Source: an uncultured Gammaproteobacteria bacterium (GTDB taxonomy: Bacteria > Pseudomonadota > Gammaproteobacteria > DRLM01). From it: a stretch of 64,000 nucleotides of DNA. Under the pieces are notes generated by a model. That model was not told the origin of the DNA. It worked only from the letters and a program-made list of their open reading frames with translations, and ran no database searches. Positions 17,996 to 29,210 of this stretch are shown here, piece after piece; position 1 is the stretch's first letter; every line of letters begins with the position of its first letter. The stretch covers positions 320,001 to 384,000 of the forward strand of contig CAVSNY010000007.1 of NCBI GenBank assembly GCA_963729605.1. The letters are read 5' to 3'. Both the position numbers and the translations under genes were made by a program.

Positions 17996-18352
17996 TTAGC
18001 CGGTTTTCTCGAAGAAACGGTAATTCCACGGCTCGTTGCGCTGGTCCGCGGGGGTGGTTTGCAACTGGTCACGCCGGTCTTCCTGCACGCGCAATTGATT
18101 TTGCTCGGCGAATTGTAGAACGAAATCGAACATCTGGGGGTCTTGCCGTTGCAGATCTTTCGCTACCACCAGGCATTTGGCGCCGCCGATCACGCAGGGA
18201 TAGAGCGCGGGGGAATAACGCAGACGGCGGTCGCGGCCGTAATCCGCCCACAAGGTGGCGAGGCGTTCTATCCAATCGCCGGGGCGGAATTGTTTATTGC
18301 TGAGGGTGACGCCTTCGATGATGAGGCGGTCTTGGCGGTCCTCGCGGTGCAT
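17996..18352 (-). CDS. DUF3579 domain-containing protein
   Basis: IIEGVT...FRPGDWIERL...FDFVLQFAEQNQL. Confidence 0.85.
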   Translation of the reverse strand: MHREDRQDRLIIEGVTLSNKQFRPGDWIERLATLWADYGRDRRLRYSPALYPCVIGGAKCLVVAKDLQRQDPQMFDFVLQFAEQNQLRVQEDRRDQLQTTPADQRNEPWNYRFFEKTG

Positions 18353-18406
18353 GGCGGTGGTCCTGTGGTTGAAGGGTGTCGCGGTATCGGGTCGGGGTTG
18401 ACGGTC

Positions 18407-19657
18407 TCAACCCAGCGTATCGTCCCCGGGCAGGCCTTCTTGAATCCCCTCGGCGCGGAGGGCCTTGATGCGTTCGCGGCGTATGGTCTGGATCAACGCG
18501 TCGCCCTTGAGACCGGATGCCGCCAGCGCGCCGGCGTCCACCCGCATGGCGGCCTGACGCAGGCGGCGCAGCAGTGCGGCTTGCGGATAAGGCCGCTTTT
18601 CGAATCCCGGCCGGCCGGTGGAATCCGCCTCGCACGCCAATAAGAATAGCTCAAAGCGATCCGGACGGCGCAGGGCGTCCAGCGCCTGCAATAGGTCGAG
18701 GGCGGTGGCGGGACGCAGTTCGGCGGCGCGGTGGCAGACCCCGTGGTACTTGGCCACCAGCAAGGCCAGTTCGCGATACTCGTTGGGGATACGGAAACGC
18801 TGGCAGAGGGCCTCGATCAAGGCCAGGCCGCGCGCCTCGTGGGCGATGTGGCGCGGCCATTCCTCCGGCGGCGTGGTGCCTTTGCCGAGGTCGTGCAGCA
18901 GCGCGGCGAAGCGCACCCGGGTATCGTCGGAAAGCTCGGCGGCGCGGTCGAGCACCTGCATCACGTGGATGCCGGTGTCGATCTCCGGGTGATGCTGGCG
19001 CGGCTGCGGCACGCCGAACAGCTGGTCGAGTTCGGGAAACAGCCGCCGCAGGGCGCCGCAGGCGCGCAGCACCTCGAAGAACTGCGCGGGCCGTTGCTCG
19101 GCGAGGGCGCGGACCAGTTCGGCCCACACCCGCTCCGGCACCAGCGCGTCCACCTCGCCGGCCGCCACCATCCCGCGCATCAAGTCCAGGGTTTCGTCCG
19201 CGATCTCGAAACCCAGCGGCGCGAAGCGGGCGGCGAAACGCGCCACCCGCAGGATACGCACCGGGTCTTCGCTGAAGGCGGGCGAGACGTGGCGCAGCCT
19301 GCGTTGCGCGAGATCGGCCGCGCCGTTGAAGGGGTCGATGAGCGCGCCGTCGGCGGTGCGCGCCATGGCGTTGATGGTGAGGTCGCGGCGGCGCAGATCG
19401 TCTTCCAACGTCACGTCCGGCGCGGCGTGTACGGTGAAGCCTTTATAACCCGGCCCGGTCTTGCGCTCGGTGCGGGCCAGGGCGTATTCCTCCTGGGTTT
19501 TGGGATGGAGGAACACCGGGAAATCCTTGCCCACTTGGCGGTAACCCAGCGCCTCCATTTCCTGCGGCCTGGCGCCGACCACCACCCAGTCGCGGTCGCT
19601 GACCGGCAGGCCGAGCAGGTCGTCTCTTACCGAGCCGCCGACTTGAAAAATGTCCAC
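18407..19657 (-). CDS. cca: multifunctional CCA-adding enzyme with HD domain
   Basis: [39 protein letters not shown]. Confidence 0.95.
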   Translation of the reverse strand: MDIFQVGGSVRDDLLGLPVSDRDWVVVGARPQEMEALGYRQVGKDFPVFLHPKTQEEYALARTERKTGPGYKGFTVHAAPDVTLEDDLRRRDLTINAMARTADGALIDPFNGAADLAQRRLRHVSPAFSEDPVRILRVARFAARFAPLGFEIADETLDLMRGMVAAGEVDALVPERVWAELVRALAEQRPAQFFEVLRACGALRRLFPELDQLFGVPQPRQHHPEIDTGIHVMQVLDRAAELSDDTRVRFAALLHDLGKGTTPPEEWPRHIAHEARGLALIEALCQRFRIPNEYRELALLVAKYHGVCHRAAELRPATALDLLQALDALRRPDRFELFLLACEADSTGRPGFEKRPYPQAALLRRLRQAAMRVDAGALAASGLKGDALIQTIRRERIKALRAEGIQEGLPGDDTLG

Positions 19658-19708
19658 CAGACTCCCCCCGCTGAGGCGGCGCGGCCGCCGGTGAATAAAT
19701 TGGTTTTG

Positions 19709-19784
19709 AACCGCCAAGGCATCAAGGACGCCAAGAAAAGTCGCTTGAAGAAAAAATCTTGGCGCTCTTGGCGTCTCGGCGGCT
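19709..19784. repeat. CGCCAAG-type inverted repeat element (REP-like)
   Basis: AACCGCCAAG..CAAG..CGCCAAG / CTTGGCG..CTTGGCG..GGCGGCT. Confidence 0.6.
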
Positions 19785-19824
19785 AAGACATTTTTCAGCG
19801 TTCATCATGCTGATGGATGCCGTA

Positions 19825-20784
19825 TCAATATTCGTGGCGCGCCTCCTGGCGGACGGCGTCGAAAAACGCATGTTGATTGCTCCGGCCGAGATAATAAGGT
19901 ACCACGGCCTCCACGGCGGCCGGCGTCAAGCCGAATACCGCCGGAAAAGGTCCGTCGCATACCGCGGCGACTTGCATGGAATCGTAATTGTCGCGGGTGA
20001 AAGGTTTGCCGGGCAGACGGCCCATCACCGCCGCCTGCAAGCGCGACACGGCGTCGGGTAGGCCGATCAGGGTTTTCTTCATGCCCAAGACCTCCGCGGC
20101 GTATTGCACCAATTGCCGCATCGTGTAGGCGTGCGGACCGCACAGATCGTAGCGCTGGCCGAAGGTGGCCTTATTGTCCAGCGCGGTGACGAAGGCGCGC
20201 GCCACGTCGCCGACGAACACCGGCGCGAACCGCGCGTCGGGGCAGGGCAAGGGCAGCGGGCCCGGCAGTTTCAAGAGCGCGGCGAATTTGTTGAAGAAGT
20301 GATCGTCGGGTCCGAAGATCACCGACGGGCGGAAACTGGTCACTTGAATTCCGCTGCCCGCGAGGCTGTGCGCGAGGTCTTCGCCTTCGCCCTTGCTGCG
20401 CAGATAGCGGCTGGCGCCCTGGCGCGCGTCGGCGTTGAGGGCGCTCATGTGCAACAGGTGGCCGACGCCTTTTTCCCGCATCGCCGCGCCGAGTTTGCGC
20501 GGCAAGTCGACATGGACTTGGCGGAATTGGTCGCGGCGCGCCTCGTTGAGCACGGCCACCAGGTTGATCGCGGTATCGCAGCCGGTCAGCGTCCCGGCCA
20601 GTTCGGCGGGATCGTGGACATTGGCCTCCACCACCTCGACCGTGGGCAGCACCAATAAATCGCGATGACGTTCGCGGTGGCGGGTCGGCACCCGCACCCG
20701 GTGACCGGCCGCCGCCAGTTGATTGGCCAGCTGGCGGCCGACGAAGCCGCTGCCGCCCAGAACGCAAATCATGTGTCGCTTCAT
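19825..20784 (-). CDS. complex I NDUFA9 family NAD(P)-binding protein
   Basis: GGSGFVG, YLRSKGEGE, FRPSVIFGPDD. Confidence 0.9.
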   Translation of the reverse strand: MKRHMICVLGGSGFVGRQLANQLAAAGHRVRVPTRHRERHRDLLVLPTVEVVEANVHDPAELAGTLTGCDTAINLVAVLNEARRDQFRQVHVDLPRKLGAAMREKGVGHLLHMSALNADARQGASRYLRSKGEGEDLAHSLAGSGIQVTSFRPSVIFGPDDHFFNKFAALLKLPGPLPLPCPDARFAPVFVGDVARAFVTALDNKATFGQRYDLCGPHAYTMRQLVQYAAEVLGMKKTLIGLPDAVSRLQAAVMGRLPGKPFTRDNYDSMQVAAVCDGPFPAVFGLTPAAVEAVVPYYLGRSNQHAFFDAVRQEARHEY

Positions 20785-20947
20785 GCTCGGGTTATCCTTA
20801 AAACTAAAATTAGCAATGGCCCGGGATTGTCGCGGCGGGCCGCGCCGAGGTCAAGCCATGCCGGAACGCCGCGGGCGCGATGGCGCTGCCCGGCCCCCGC
20901 CGCGGGCCGGGTTATACTTGCGGGACATTCGCCAGGAGGCCGCCGCC

Positions 20948-22312
20948 ATGCCCTACATCACCGCCAATCCCGCCAGCGGCGAAACGCTGCGGACGTTCCC
21001 CGAGTGGAAGGCCGCCGAATTGGAAACGGCCTTGAGTCAGGCGGCGGTCGCCGCGCCGCAATGGGCCGCCGCCCCGGTCGCCGAGCGTTGCCGCTTGCTG
21101 AGCCGCGCCGGCGAGATGCTCCGCGCCCGCCGCGACGAACTCGCCGCGCTCATCACCCTGGAAATGGGCAAACTCGCCCGGGAGGCCCGCGACGAAATCG
21201 AGAAATGCGCGTGGGTCTGCGATTATTACGCCGAACACGCCGCCGCCTTCGTCGCCGACGAAGTCATCGCCTCCGACGCCGGCCGCAGCCTCGTCGCGTA
21301 TCAACCGCTCGGTACGGTGCTGGCGGTGATGCCCTGGAATTTTCCGTTCTGGCAGGTGTTCCGCTTTGCCGCGCCCGCCTTGGCGGCGGGCAACACCGGC
21401 CTGCTCAAACACGCCTCCAACGTGCCACAGTGCGCGCTGGCCATCGAACGCGTATTCCGCGACGCGGGCTTCCCGCCCGGCGTTTTTCGCACCCTGATGA
21501 TTAATAACGCGCAGGTGGAAGGCGTGATCGCCGACCCGCGCGTACACGCCGTCACCCTCACCGGCAGCGAGGCGGCGGGGCGCAAGGTCGCGGCCGCCGC
21601 CGGCGCGCATCTCAAAAAGAGCGTGCTCGAACTGGGCGGGTCCGATCCCTTCATCGTGCTCGAAGACGCCGACCTCGACGGCGCCGTGCACGTCGCCGTG
21701 CAATCGCGTTTTCTCAACGCGGGACAAAGCTGCATCGCCGCCAAACGTTTCATCGTGGTGGCCGCCGTCGCGGAAGAATTCCTCACGCGATTTCAGATCG
21801 CGGTGGAAAAACTCGAGACCGGCGATCCCGCTCAAGCATCGACGACGCTGGCCCCCATGGCGCGCGCCGATTTGCGCGAGGAGTTGCATAAACAAGTCCA
21901 GGCCAGCATCGCCCGCGGGGCGCTGCCGGTGTGCGGCTGCCGGTCCTTGCCGGGCGACGGTTATTATTATGCCGCCTCCATACTCGATCGCGTGGTCTCC
22001 GGCATGCCCGCTTTTGATGAGGAACTGTTTGGCCCGGTCGCCGCCGTTATCCGCGCGCGTGATGAGGCCGAGGCGTTGCAAGTCGCCAATGCCAGCCGCT
22101 TCGGTTTAAGCGGCAGCATCTGGACTCGCGACCAAGCGCGCGGTGAAGCCCTCGCCCGCCAAGTGCAGGCCGGCGCCTGCTTCGTGAACGGCCTGGTGAA
22201 GAGCGATCCGCGTTTGCCGTTCGGCGGCGTGAAGGCGTCGGGTTATGGGCGCGAGCTTTCGTATCATGGCTTGCGGGAGTTCGTGAATGCGAAGACGGTG
22301 TGGGTGGGGTAG
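20948..22312 (+). CDS. NAD-dependent succinate-semialdehyde dehydrogenase (Sad/GabD1 type)
   Basis: VMPWNFP, LELGGSDP, GQSCIAAKR, EELFGPV, PFGGVKASG. Confidence 0.92.
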   Translation: MPYITANPASGETLRTFPEWKAAELETALSQAAVAAPQWAAAPVAERCRLLSRAGEMLRARRDELAALITLEMGKLAREARDEIEKCAWVCDYYAEHAAAFVADEVIASDAGRSLVAYQPLGTVLAVMPWNFPFWQVFRFAAPALAAGNTGLLKHASNVPQCALAIERVFRDAGFPPGVFRTLMINNAQVEGVIADPRVHAVTLTGSEAAGRKVAAAAGAHLKKSVLELGGSDPFIVLEDADLDGAVHVAVQSRFLNAGQSCIAAKRFIVVAAVAEEFLTRFQIAVEKLETGDPAQASTTLAPMARADLREELHKQVQASIARGALPVCGCRSLPGDGYYYAASILDRVVSGMPAFDEELFGPVAAVIRARDEAEALQVANASRFGLSGSIWTRDQARGEALARQVQAGACFVNGLVKSDPRLPFGGVKASGYGRELSYHGLREFVNAKTVWVG

Positions 22313-22355
22313 ATATTTTTCCTTGATCGGGAAGATGTGGTGTATGGGGTGAGAA

Positions 22356-22546
22356 ATGGGCGTAAACGATTTTCTGGATGATTTTTATTAGCGGCATCTG
22401 CCCCCGTTGCCGGCGTTGTTGGTTTTGCAATCCAATTGCGAAACGTTAAGAAACTCCGTTTGGAAAACGAAAAATTGAATAGGGCATCGAATCCCGTTGA
22501 AAGACGAAACCCAGTACCGCTCGGCATGCGCGCCTTTGCTGAGTGA
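22356..22546 (+). pseudogene. eroded fragment of an AT-rich membrane-anchored gene
   Basis: frameshift-joined reading TIFWMIFIS/ASAPVAGVVGFAIQLRNVKKLRLENEKL. Confidence 0.35.
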
Positions 22547-22946
22547 TTGAATGGCGAGTCGCCTTAGTGATCGTTCGCATGGGAATGGCGCCGACGGTGA
22601 CGCATGACGAATTTATTATCGGCTTGTGAAGCTGTGCGCTGATGCAAAGCAAAAGCGTGGCTACATGCGCCTGATCGCGCGTTTTTAATGATCGACGACG
22701 CGGCGATTTGCTTTATCAGTTTTGATGATTTGTATATTCACTATCCTGCTAGACCTTTCCTCTTGACCGATGATTTTGCTTGTCGAATTTCGACGGACTC
22801 GCGCACTGCAATGATTCATGATGCCGGCTTTTGCATTACGGCTGTGCGTTTTTGTGCATTAAAAATGCCTAAAAACACCGGCTATTTTTAATCTCCAGCC
22901 TGATATTGGTTTAGATTTCTATCGTTTATGGGGACTACGGTGGATT

Positions 22947-22962
22947 TGGCCCGCCAATTGCT
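22947..22962 (+). promoter_or_regulatory. sigma-54 (-24/-12) promoter
   Basis: TGGCCCGCCAATTGCT matches TGGCACG-N4-TTGC with correct spacing; AT-rich tract upstream. Confidence 0.6.
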
Positions 22963-23103
22963 CTAAACAGGCTGGAAAGGTGAGTTTCGGATGGTGTCGA
23001 AAAATTCATTATTTCTACACAGTCTCTTCACAAATACGGTTTATCGTTTCGCCGTGTAGAGGATGACCGGGTAAAGGTAACGAATTCCATAGGAGGTAGT
23101 GCC

Positions 23104-23376
23104 ATGAAGTATTTTGAATTGACGGAAAACATAAGTGATGTTGAACGGGTCTTCCGCGTGCTGTCGGGAGTAGTCTTGCTGGGCGTGACCCTGCTCGGCC
23201 CCATGTCGATTATGTACAGCACGATCTTCCCGATGTTGGGCGCCTATTTCATCCTGACCGCGATCATGAAATGGGATCCTGTCGGTTATATCATTCAAGT
23301 GATCTTGCGGCTGCTGAATCAGGTCGGTTCCGATGTTTCGGAGAGCGACTCCATTCATCGCGTCAAAACCATTTGA
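23104..23376 (+). CDS. DUF2892/YgaP-like membrane protein
   Basis: NISDVERVFRVLSG...TAIMKWDPVGY; AGGAGG RBS. Confidence 0.75.
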   Translation: MKYFELTENISDVERVFRVLSGVVLLGVTLLGPMSIMYSTIFPMLGAYFILTAIMKWDPVGYIIQVILRLLNQVGSDVSESDSIHRVKTI

Positions 23377-23448
23377 TAGCCGCCCTTTGCCGATGAGCCA
23401 ATAGCCACTGAACGAGATTTACCCACGATATTGACGATTCCCCAGTTT

Positions 23449-23543
23449 GTAGGAGCGGCACAGTCCATTCCCCACCCCCGTGTTTGGTACCCTCTCCCCC
23501 CTTCCCCTGCTAATGCACGGGGGAAAATAAGTGCCGCTCCTAC
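23449..23543. repeat. GTAG-type inverted repeat between convergent genes (possible terminator)
   Basis: GTAGGAGCGGCAC ... GTGCCGCTCCTAC followed by a T run. Confidence 0.6.
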
Positions 23544-23571
23544 TTTTTTTATTCTTTAACCCGTCGCGTAA

Positions 23572-24486
23572 TTACCGCTTTTTCTTCGCCCGCGGATGGG
23601 CATGATCGTAGACCTTGGCCAGGTGTTGAAAATCCAGGTGGGTGTAAATCTGCGTGGTGGCGATGTCGGCGTGGCCCAGCAATTCCTGCACGGCGCGCAG
23701 ATCGCCGCTGGATTCCAGCAGGTGACTGGCGCAGGAGTGACGCAATAAATGCGGATGCAGCGGCGTGTCCAGGCCTTGTTTCATTCCCCGGAAACGCAGG
23801 CGTTGCTGCACGGCGCGCGCGGTGATCCGGCGGCCGCGCCGGCTGATGAATAGCGCGTTTTCATCAGGGGCGGCGAGACTGTTTCGTGTGTGCAACCAGG
23901 CGTCGAGCGCGACGCGGGCGAGACGGCCGACCGGCACGATGCGGGTCTTGTCGCCTTTGCCGATGACGCGCACGGTGCCGTCATTGCGGTCGAGGTCGGT
24001 CAGATCGAGCCGCACGAGTTCGGCGAGGCGCAATCCCGAGGAATACAGCAGCTCCATCATGGCGTGATCGCGTTGCGCCAGGGCGGGTGATGATTCATCG
24101 GCGCCGGAACGGTCCATGAGGCGGCTGACTTGATCGGCGTCGAGCGCCTTGGGTAAGCGGCGCGGCGCCTTGGGCGCGCGCAGGCCGGCCGCGGGGTTGG
24201 CGGTCACCCGCTTTTCGCGCAGTAAATACCGGTAAAACGACCGCAGCGCGGAGAGCCGCCGTTGCAGGCTGCGGCCGCCGAGGCCGGCGCGGTGCTGGGC
24301 GGCGACGAAGGCGCGCAGGTGATGCGCGTCGACCCGCGCCCACGTTGCGACGCGTTGCTGGTCGAGGAAGCCGTGGACGGCGAGCAGATCGCGCCGGTAA
24401 TTGCCGAGGGTGTGCGGCGAGAGGCGGCGTTCGATCTCCAGATGATGGAGAAACTCGCCGATGCGGCGCGTCTCCGCGTCGTCCAT
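23572..24486 (-). CDS. xerC: tyrosine recombinase XerC
   Basis: SGLRLAEL, HPHLLRHSCASH, LGHADIATTQIYTH; dapF-DUF484-xerC synteny. Confidence 0.95.
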   Translation of the reverse strand: MDDAETRRIGEFLHHLEIERRLSPHTLGNYRRDLLAVHGFLDQQRVATWARVDAHHLRAFVAAQHRAGLGGRSLQRRLSALRSFYRYLLREKRVTANPAAGLRAPKAPRRLPKALDADQVSRLMDRSGADESSPALAQRDHAMMELLYSSGLRLAELVRLDLTDLDRNDGTVRVIGKGDKTRIVPVGRLARVALDAWLHTRNSLAAPDENALFISRRGRRITARAVQQRLRFRGMKQGLDTPLHPHLLRHSCASHLLESSGDLRAVQELLGHADIATTQIYTHLDFQHLAKVYDHAHPRAKKKR

Positions 24487-24490
24487 CGCC

Positions 24491-25231
24491 TTAACGCGGC
24501 AGGTGGCGGGCGATGGCGCGGCCGATCAGGTCGCCGAGATAACTCAAAAACAGCGTGCCCATGCCGGCGTGATAACGCTTGCCGTCGCGGCTGCCGATGC
24601 CGAGCAGGCCGTAGCGCGCCGGCGTGTCGCCGCCGGGGGCGCCGAGGGCCAGCACCACCGCCGAACCGATCTGGCCGGCCGGGTCTTGTTCCTGATCTTC
24701 GAACAAGGCGTTGAGCTGACCGCGGCGCAGATGCCCGCACAGCGGTTTGCCGGTGGCGAGCAGGCCGCCGAAGCTGGTATCGAGTTGTTCGGCCGGCAGG
24801 GACCGCAGGCGCAGCAATCCCGATTCGTCATATTCCGGCAGGCGCGGGGTTCTGCCGAACAGGCACAGCACCAGCGCGTCGGCGCGGAAGTCTTCGTGCA
24901 GGCTGTTGGCCAGCACCCGCAAGGTGGTGTTGAGGTCCTTGGCCTCGAGCAGGGCGAGGGTGAGCTGCTGCACCCGCTGATTGAGGCGGTCGTTGTCGCG
25001 CGCCACTTGCACCAGCGCCTGCAACTGGCGTTTGATGTCCTGATTTTGTTCGCGCAATACGATGACCTGGCGCTCGATGAGCGAGACCGCGCCGTGGGAT
25101 TGATGCGGGACGTGGATCTCCGCCAGCAGGCCGGTGTGGGTGTTGAAGAAGTCGGGATGGTCGCGCAGATACTCGACGACGCTGTGATCTTGCATGGTGT
25201 CGGTGCTGATGCCGTGTTGCCGTGTGCTCAT
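24491..25231 (-). CDS. DUF484 (YigA) family protein
   Basis: [23 protein letters not shown]; ATGA overlap with dapF. Confidence 0.92.
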   Translation of the reverse strand: MSTRQHGISTDTMQDHSVVEYLRDHPDFFNTHTGLLAEIHVPHQSHGAVSLIERQVIVLREQNQDIKRQLQALVQVARDNDRLNQRVQQLTLALLEAKDLNTTLRVLANSLHEDFRADALVLCLFGRTPRLPEYDESGLLRLRSLPAEQLDTSFGGLLATGKPLCGHLRRGQLNALFEDQEQDPAGQIGSAVVLALGAPGGDTPARYGLLGIGSRDGKRYHAGMGTLFLSYLGDLIGRAIARHLPR

Positions 25232-26058
25232 AGTTCTATCCTGCCCTCGAAGACCCGTTCGGCGGGTCCGGTCATCCAAACGGGATTGTCGTCCCCGCCC
25301 CATTGTATGGTCAAGCCGCCGCCGGGCAAATCCACGCTGACGGTATCGTCCAACACGCCCCAGCGCCGGCCCACCGCCACCGCGGCGCAGGCGCCGGTGC
25401 CGCAGGCGAGGGTCTCGCCGGCGCCGCGTTCGTAGACCCGCAGGCGGATGTGCCGCGGCGACACCACTTCCATGAAACCCGCATTGACCCGTTTGGGGAA
25501 ACGCGGATGGTGTTCGATGAGCGGGCCGAGCTCGGCCACCGGCGCGTCGCGCACGCTGTCCACCTGCAGCACGGCGTGGGGGTTGCCCATGGAGACCGCG
25601 CCGACGCTGAGGCGCCGGCCCGCGATATCGAGGTCGTAACGCGCGGCGGCGGCCGCGGCGATGAACGGAATATCGACCGGGTTGAAACGCGGCGCGCCCA
25701 TGTCCACCGTGACGCGGCCGTCGGCCTCGAGGCGGGGGCGGATGATGCCGCCGGCGGTCTCCACCACGATTTCGTTTTTATCGGTGAGGCCGCGTTCGCG
25801 CACGTAGCGCACGAAGCAACGCGCGCCGTTGCCGCATTGTTCCACTTCGCCGCCGTCGGCGTTGAAGATGCGGTAATGGAAATCGGTGCCCGGCGTGCGC
25901 GGCGCCTGCACCAGCAGGACTTGATCGCAGCCCACGCCGAAGTGGCGGTCGGCGAGGTGTTGTATCTGTTGGGAGGTCAGGCGCAGCGGGTGGGCCGTGG
26001 CGTCGACCACCACGAAGTCGTTGCCGAGGCCCTGCATTTTTGTGAAGTCGATGATCAT
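25228..26058 (-). CDS. dapF: diaminopimelate epimerase
   Basis: [31 protein letters not shown]. Confidence 0.97.
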   Translation of the reverse strand: MIIDFTKMQGLGNDFVVVDATAHPLRLTSQQIQHLADRHFGVGCDQVLLVQAPRTPGTDFHYRIFNADGGEVEQCGNGARCFVRYVRERGLTDKNEIVVETAGGIIRPRLEADGRVTVDMGAPRFNPVDIPFIAAAAAARYDLDIAGRRLSVGAVSMGNPHAVLQVDSVRDAPVAELGPLIEHHPRFPKRVNAGFMEVVSPRHIRLRVYERGAGETLACGTGACAAVAVGRRWGVLDDTVSVDLPGGGLTIQWGGDDNPVWMTGPAERVFEGRIEL

Positions 26059-26155
26059 GCTCGCCGTGATTAGGCTCCCCGTCGCTGGGTGTATTTATAA
26101 TTCATCGGAAGTCTAGCAGGGCCGCGGCGGGCGCACCAGACGCCGAGGGTATGCC

Positions 26156-27067
26156 TTATTCGGGCGGGGCCGGAACGCGCACCACCGTGCCGGCCTGCGA
26201 TTGCGGTTGCAGGGTGACGTGGTCGATGCCGAAACGTTCGTCGATCATTTGTTGCAAGCGCGCGAGGGTGCCGTCCCAATTTTTCAGGTCGGGGATGTTG
26301 ACGTGGGCGGAAAGCACCACCCGTCCGGAAGCGAGGGTCCAGATGTGCAGGTCATGCACCGAGCTGACGCCTTCGACGGCGGCCATGGCCTGCCCCACCT
26401 CGCGCAGGTTGAGATAAGACGGCACGCCTTCCATGATGATGTGCAATACCTCGCGCAGCAGGCGCGCCGCGGAGTACAGGATCAAGACGCAGATGAATAA
26501 TGAAAGCAGTGGATCGATGGGCAACCAGCCGGTGTAATAAATCACCACGCCGGAGATCAGCGCGGCGACCGAGGCCAAGGTGTCGCCCAGTACGTGCAGC
26601 AAGGCGGCGCGGCTGTTGAGGGTGCGTTCACCGCGGCTCAGCATCCACGCCACCACCAGATTGACGAGCAGGCCGACGAAAGCGATGGCCATTACCGCGC
26701 CGCCCGCCACCGGCACCGGTTGCCGCAGCCGGCTGATGGCGGCGCCGATGATGAGCGCGACCACCGCCACCATGAATACGCCGTTGATCAGCGCCGCCAC
26801 CACCTCGGCGCGGCCGAGGCCGTAGGAATGGCGCAGCGACGGCGGCCGTTTGGCGATATGCGCCGCCAAGGCCGCCAAACCCAGGGCGGTGGCGTCGGAC
26901 ACCATGTGGCCCGCGTCGCCCAGTAGCGCCAGCGACTGCGCCCACCAACCGCCCAGCGCTTCGATCAGGGCAAAGCCGAGGATGAGCGCCACGCCCCAGA
27001 GCAGATTGTTGCCGCCGGGATGGGCGTGTGCGTGATGTTCGTGGTGATGATGCGCATGATCGTGCAT
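26156..27067 (-). CDS. cation diffusion facilitator (ZitB/CzcD-like)
   Basis: His-rich N-terminus, DAGHMVSD, LHVLGD, HDLHIW. Confidence 0.92.
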   Translation of the reverse strand: MHDHAHHHHEHHAHAHPGGNNLLWGVALILGFALIEALGGWWAQSLALLGDAGHMVSDATALGLAALAAHIAKRPPSLRHSYGLGRAEVVAALINGVFMVAVVALIIGAAISRLRQPVPVAGGAVMAIAFVGLLVNLVVAWMLSRGERTLNSRAALLHVLGDTLASVAALISGVVIYYTGWLPIDPLLSLFICVLILYSAARLLREVLHIIMEGVPSYLNLREVGQAMAAVEGVSSVHDLHIWTLASGRVVLSAHVNIPDLKNWDGTLARLQQMIDERFGIDHVTLQPQSQAGTVVRVPAPPE

Positions 27068-27209
27068 GGATGAATCTTATGGAGAGTTGCGCCCACCCAC
27101 AAGGGCGGCGGCGATTGCAATCGCCGGGGGCGGGCGCATAATCGAAACAAGGCGCGATGTTTTTTCAATACGGCGCATTTCGCGGGCGAGACCGCAAGGA
27201 GTAGGGGCC

Positions 27210-27605
27210 ATGACCGAATTAAGCTCAGCTCAAACCCATCAATTCAAACAGCAACTGGAGAGGCGGCAGGCGCGTTTGCGCGAGGATATCCACGCCGAAT
27301 TGCTCGCCGCCGATGGGCAGTCTTACAGCGAACTCGCCGGGCGAGTGCAGGACAGCGGCGAGGCGGCGGTGGCCGATTTGCTGGCCGATCTCAATATCGC
27401 GCGCATCGATCGCCAGGTGCAGGAGCTGGGGCGGATCGAACGGGCGCTGCTGCGTATCAAGACCGGCCGGTACGCGGTGTGCGGCGATTGCGGCGGTGAA
27501 ATCGATTTCGAGCGGTTGAGCCGTTATCCGGAGGCCGAGCGTTGCATAACCTGCCAGGCGCAGCGCGAACGGGTCTTCGCCCACCAGGGCACGCCCAGCT
27601 TGTAG
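27210..27605 (+). CDS. TraR/DksA C4 zinc-finger protein
   Basis: coiled coil then CGDC...RL...CITCQ. Confidence 0.88.
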   Translation: MTELSSAQTHQFKQQLERRQARLREDIHAELLAADGQSYSELAGRVQDSGEAAVADLLADLNIARIDRQVQELGRIERALLRIKTGRYAVCGDCGGEIDFERLSRYPEAERCITCQAQRERVFAHQGTPSL

Positions 27606-27763
27606 TCGGAACGCCGTTTCGGCGGTGCGGGCGGTACGCTGCAATCACGCATGTCTTGCGGCGCAACCTGGATCTACGCCGCGCGAATTCAAACCTGGCG
27701 TGGTCCACGCAAATACGTCGGCCCGCGGATTTCGTCGAGATCGGACGCATTCCTTGAACTTAA

Positions 27764-27910
27764 GGAAGCTCTGAATGATTCCATCCTGGAATTTTCAGAG
27801 CGCGGGAAGCGAATCTAATTTTCGCTTCCCGTCATTTTCAGTGGTGTCAGCCATTGAAAATGACGGTACATCCCTGTGCCGCGGGAACCGCTGAATAAAT
27901 CAGAGCTTCC
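27764..27910. mobile_element. MITE (IS5-like ends), copy 2
   Basis: TTAA-GGAAGCTCTGA...TCAGAGCTTCC-TTAA: perfect 11-bp TIR and TTAA flanks. Confidence 0.85.
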
Positions 27911-28011
27911 TTAAGGAATTATTCGGCGCGGATTTATTTTAGAGGGCGGTCAGGTGCGTGACATTGTCGCTAATATCGCCGGCCCGGCGTTTGAGGTAGG
28001 GTTATCGGCCC

Positions 28012-28497
28012 ATGAATAAACAGATCAACACCGGCATGAGTTTCGGCTTGACCTCCGGTGTCATCACCACCTTGGGCCTCATGGTGGGTTTGCATGCGGG
28101 CACCCATTCGCCCTTGGCGGTGATCGGCGGGGTGGTGACGGTGGCCGTCGCCGACGCCTTGTCGGACGCCCTGGGCATTCACATTGCCGAGGAGTCGCGC
28201 GGCGATCAAACCACCGGCCAGATCTGGCAAGCGACCTTCGCCACCTTTCTCGCCAAGTTTTTCATGGCGCTCAGTTTCGTCATTCCTCTGTTGTTGTTCG
28301 ACCTCACCCTGGCGGTGGTCATCAGCGTGGGCTGGGGCATGGCGGTGTTGGCGGTGCTGAGTTACCGCATGGCGCGGGCGCAGGGCGCCGCGCCGTGGAA
28401 GGTGATGGGCGAACATCTGTTGATCGCCGCGCTGGTGGTGGCGGCGACGCAACTGGTGGGTGTTTGGGTGGCGGCGACGTTTCAGGACGGCGATTGA
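28012..28497 (+). CDS. VIT1/CCC1-like membrane protein
   Basis: FGLTSGVITTLG, ADALSDALGIHIAEES. Confidence 0.8.
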   Translation: MNKQINTGMSFGLTSGVITTLGLMVGLHAGTHSPLAVIGGVVTVAVADALSDALGIHIAEESRGDQTTGQIWQATFATFLAKFFMALSFVIPLLLFDLTLAVVISVGWGMAVLAVLSYRMARAQGAAPWKVMGEHLLIAALVVAATQLVGVWVAATFQDGD

Positions 28498-28661
28498 TGT
28501 CGCAGCTCATCCCGGGGTGCGGTGAGCATCGCCGTCGGCAAAGCGCCATTGAGCCGGCACCCCGTTACGGGATGCCGGCGTGTCCGCGTGCTGGTGTTTT
28601 GCCGCCCGTGGGGACGGCGGCGTGGAATCCCATTCCTTGGGAGAAATAAGACGCGGCGAGT

Positions 28662-29210
28662 TCAGAATGCCGGTTTTTCCGGGGCGGCCTTGTAACGTGC
28701 GACCGACGCGGTGATTTCCGCTTTGGCTTCGTCCGCAGCGGCCCAGCCTTCGACCTTGACCCATTTGCCGGCTTCGAGGTCTTTGTAGTGTTCGAAGAAG
28801 TGGGCGATCTGCGCCAGCAGCGAGGGCGGCAGGTCGTCGAGGCTTTTGCAGTTTCTGTAAAGCGTGGTGAGTTTATCCACCGGTACGGCGATCAACTTGG
28901 CGTCTATGCCCGCTTCGTCGCTCATCTTCAACATGCCGAGCGGGCGGCAACGGATCACCGAGCCGCTGATCAGCGGGATGGGGGTGACGACCAGTACGTC
29001 CACCGGATCGCCGTCTTCCGACAGCGTGTGGGGCACGTAGCCGTAGTTGCATGGATAGAACATGGCCGTGCTCATGAAACGGTCCACGAACATCGCCCCC
29101 GAATCCTTGTCGACTTCGTATTTGACCGGGTCGCTGTGGGCGGGAATTTCGATAATCACGTTGATGTCATGGGGGACATCACGGCCAGAGCTGACTCTGT
29201 CCAGGCTCAT
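28662..29210 (-). CDS. ppa: soluble inorganic pyrophosphatase (family I)
   Basis: [24 protein letters not shown]. Confidence 0.96.
   Translation of the reverse strand: MSLDRVSSGRDVPHDINVIIEIPAHSDPVKYEVDKDSGAMFVDRFMSTAMFYPCNYGYVPHTLSEDGDPVDVLVVTPIPLISGSVIRCRPLGMLKMSDEAGIDAKLIAVPVDKLTTLYRNCKSLDDLPPSLLAQIAHFFEHYKDLEAGKWVKVEGWAAADEAKAEITASVARYKAAPEKPAF

Noticed and set aside
23572-24486. Tyrosine recombinase as the integron integrase for the attI sites
   Set aside because: It lacks the IntI-specific insertion and lies in the canonical dapF-DUF484-xerC operon, so it is XerC.
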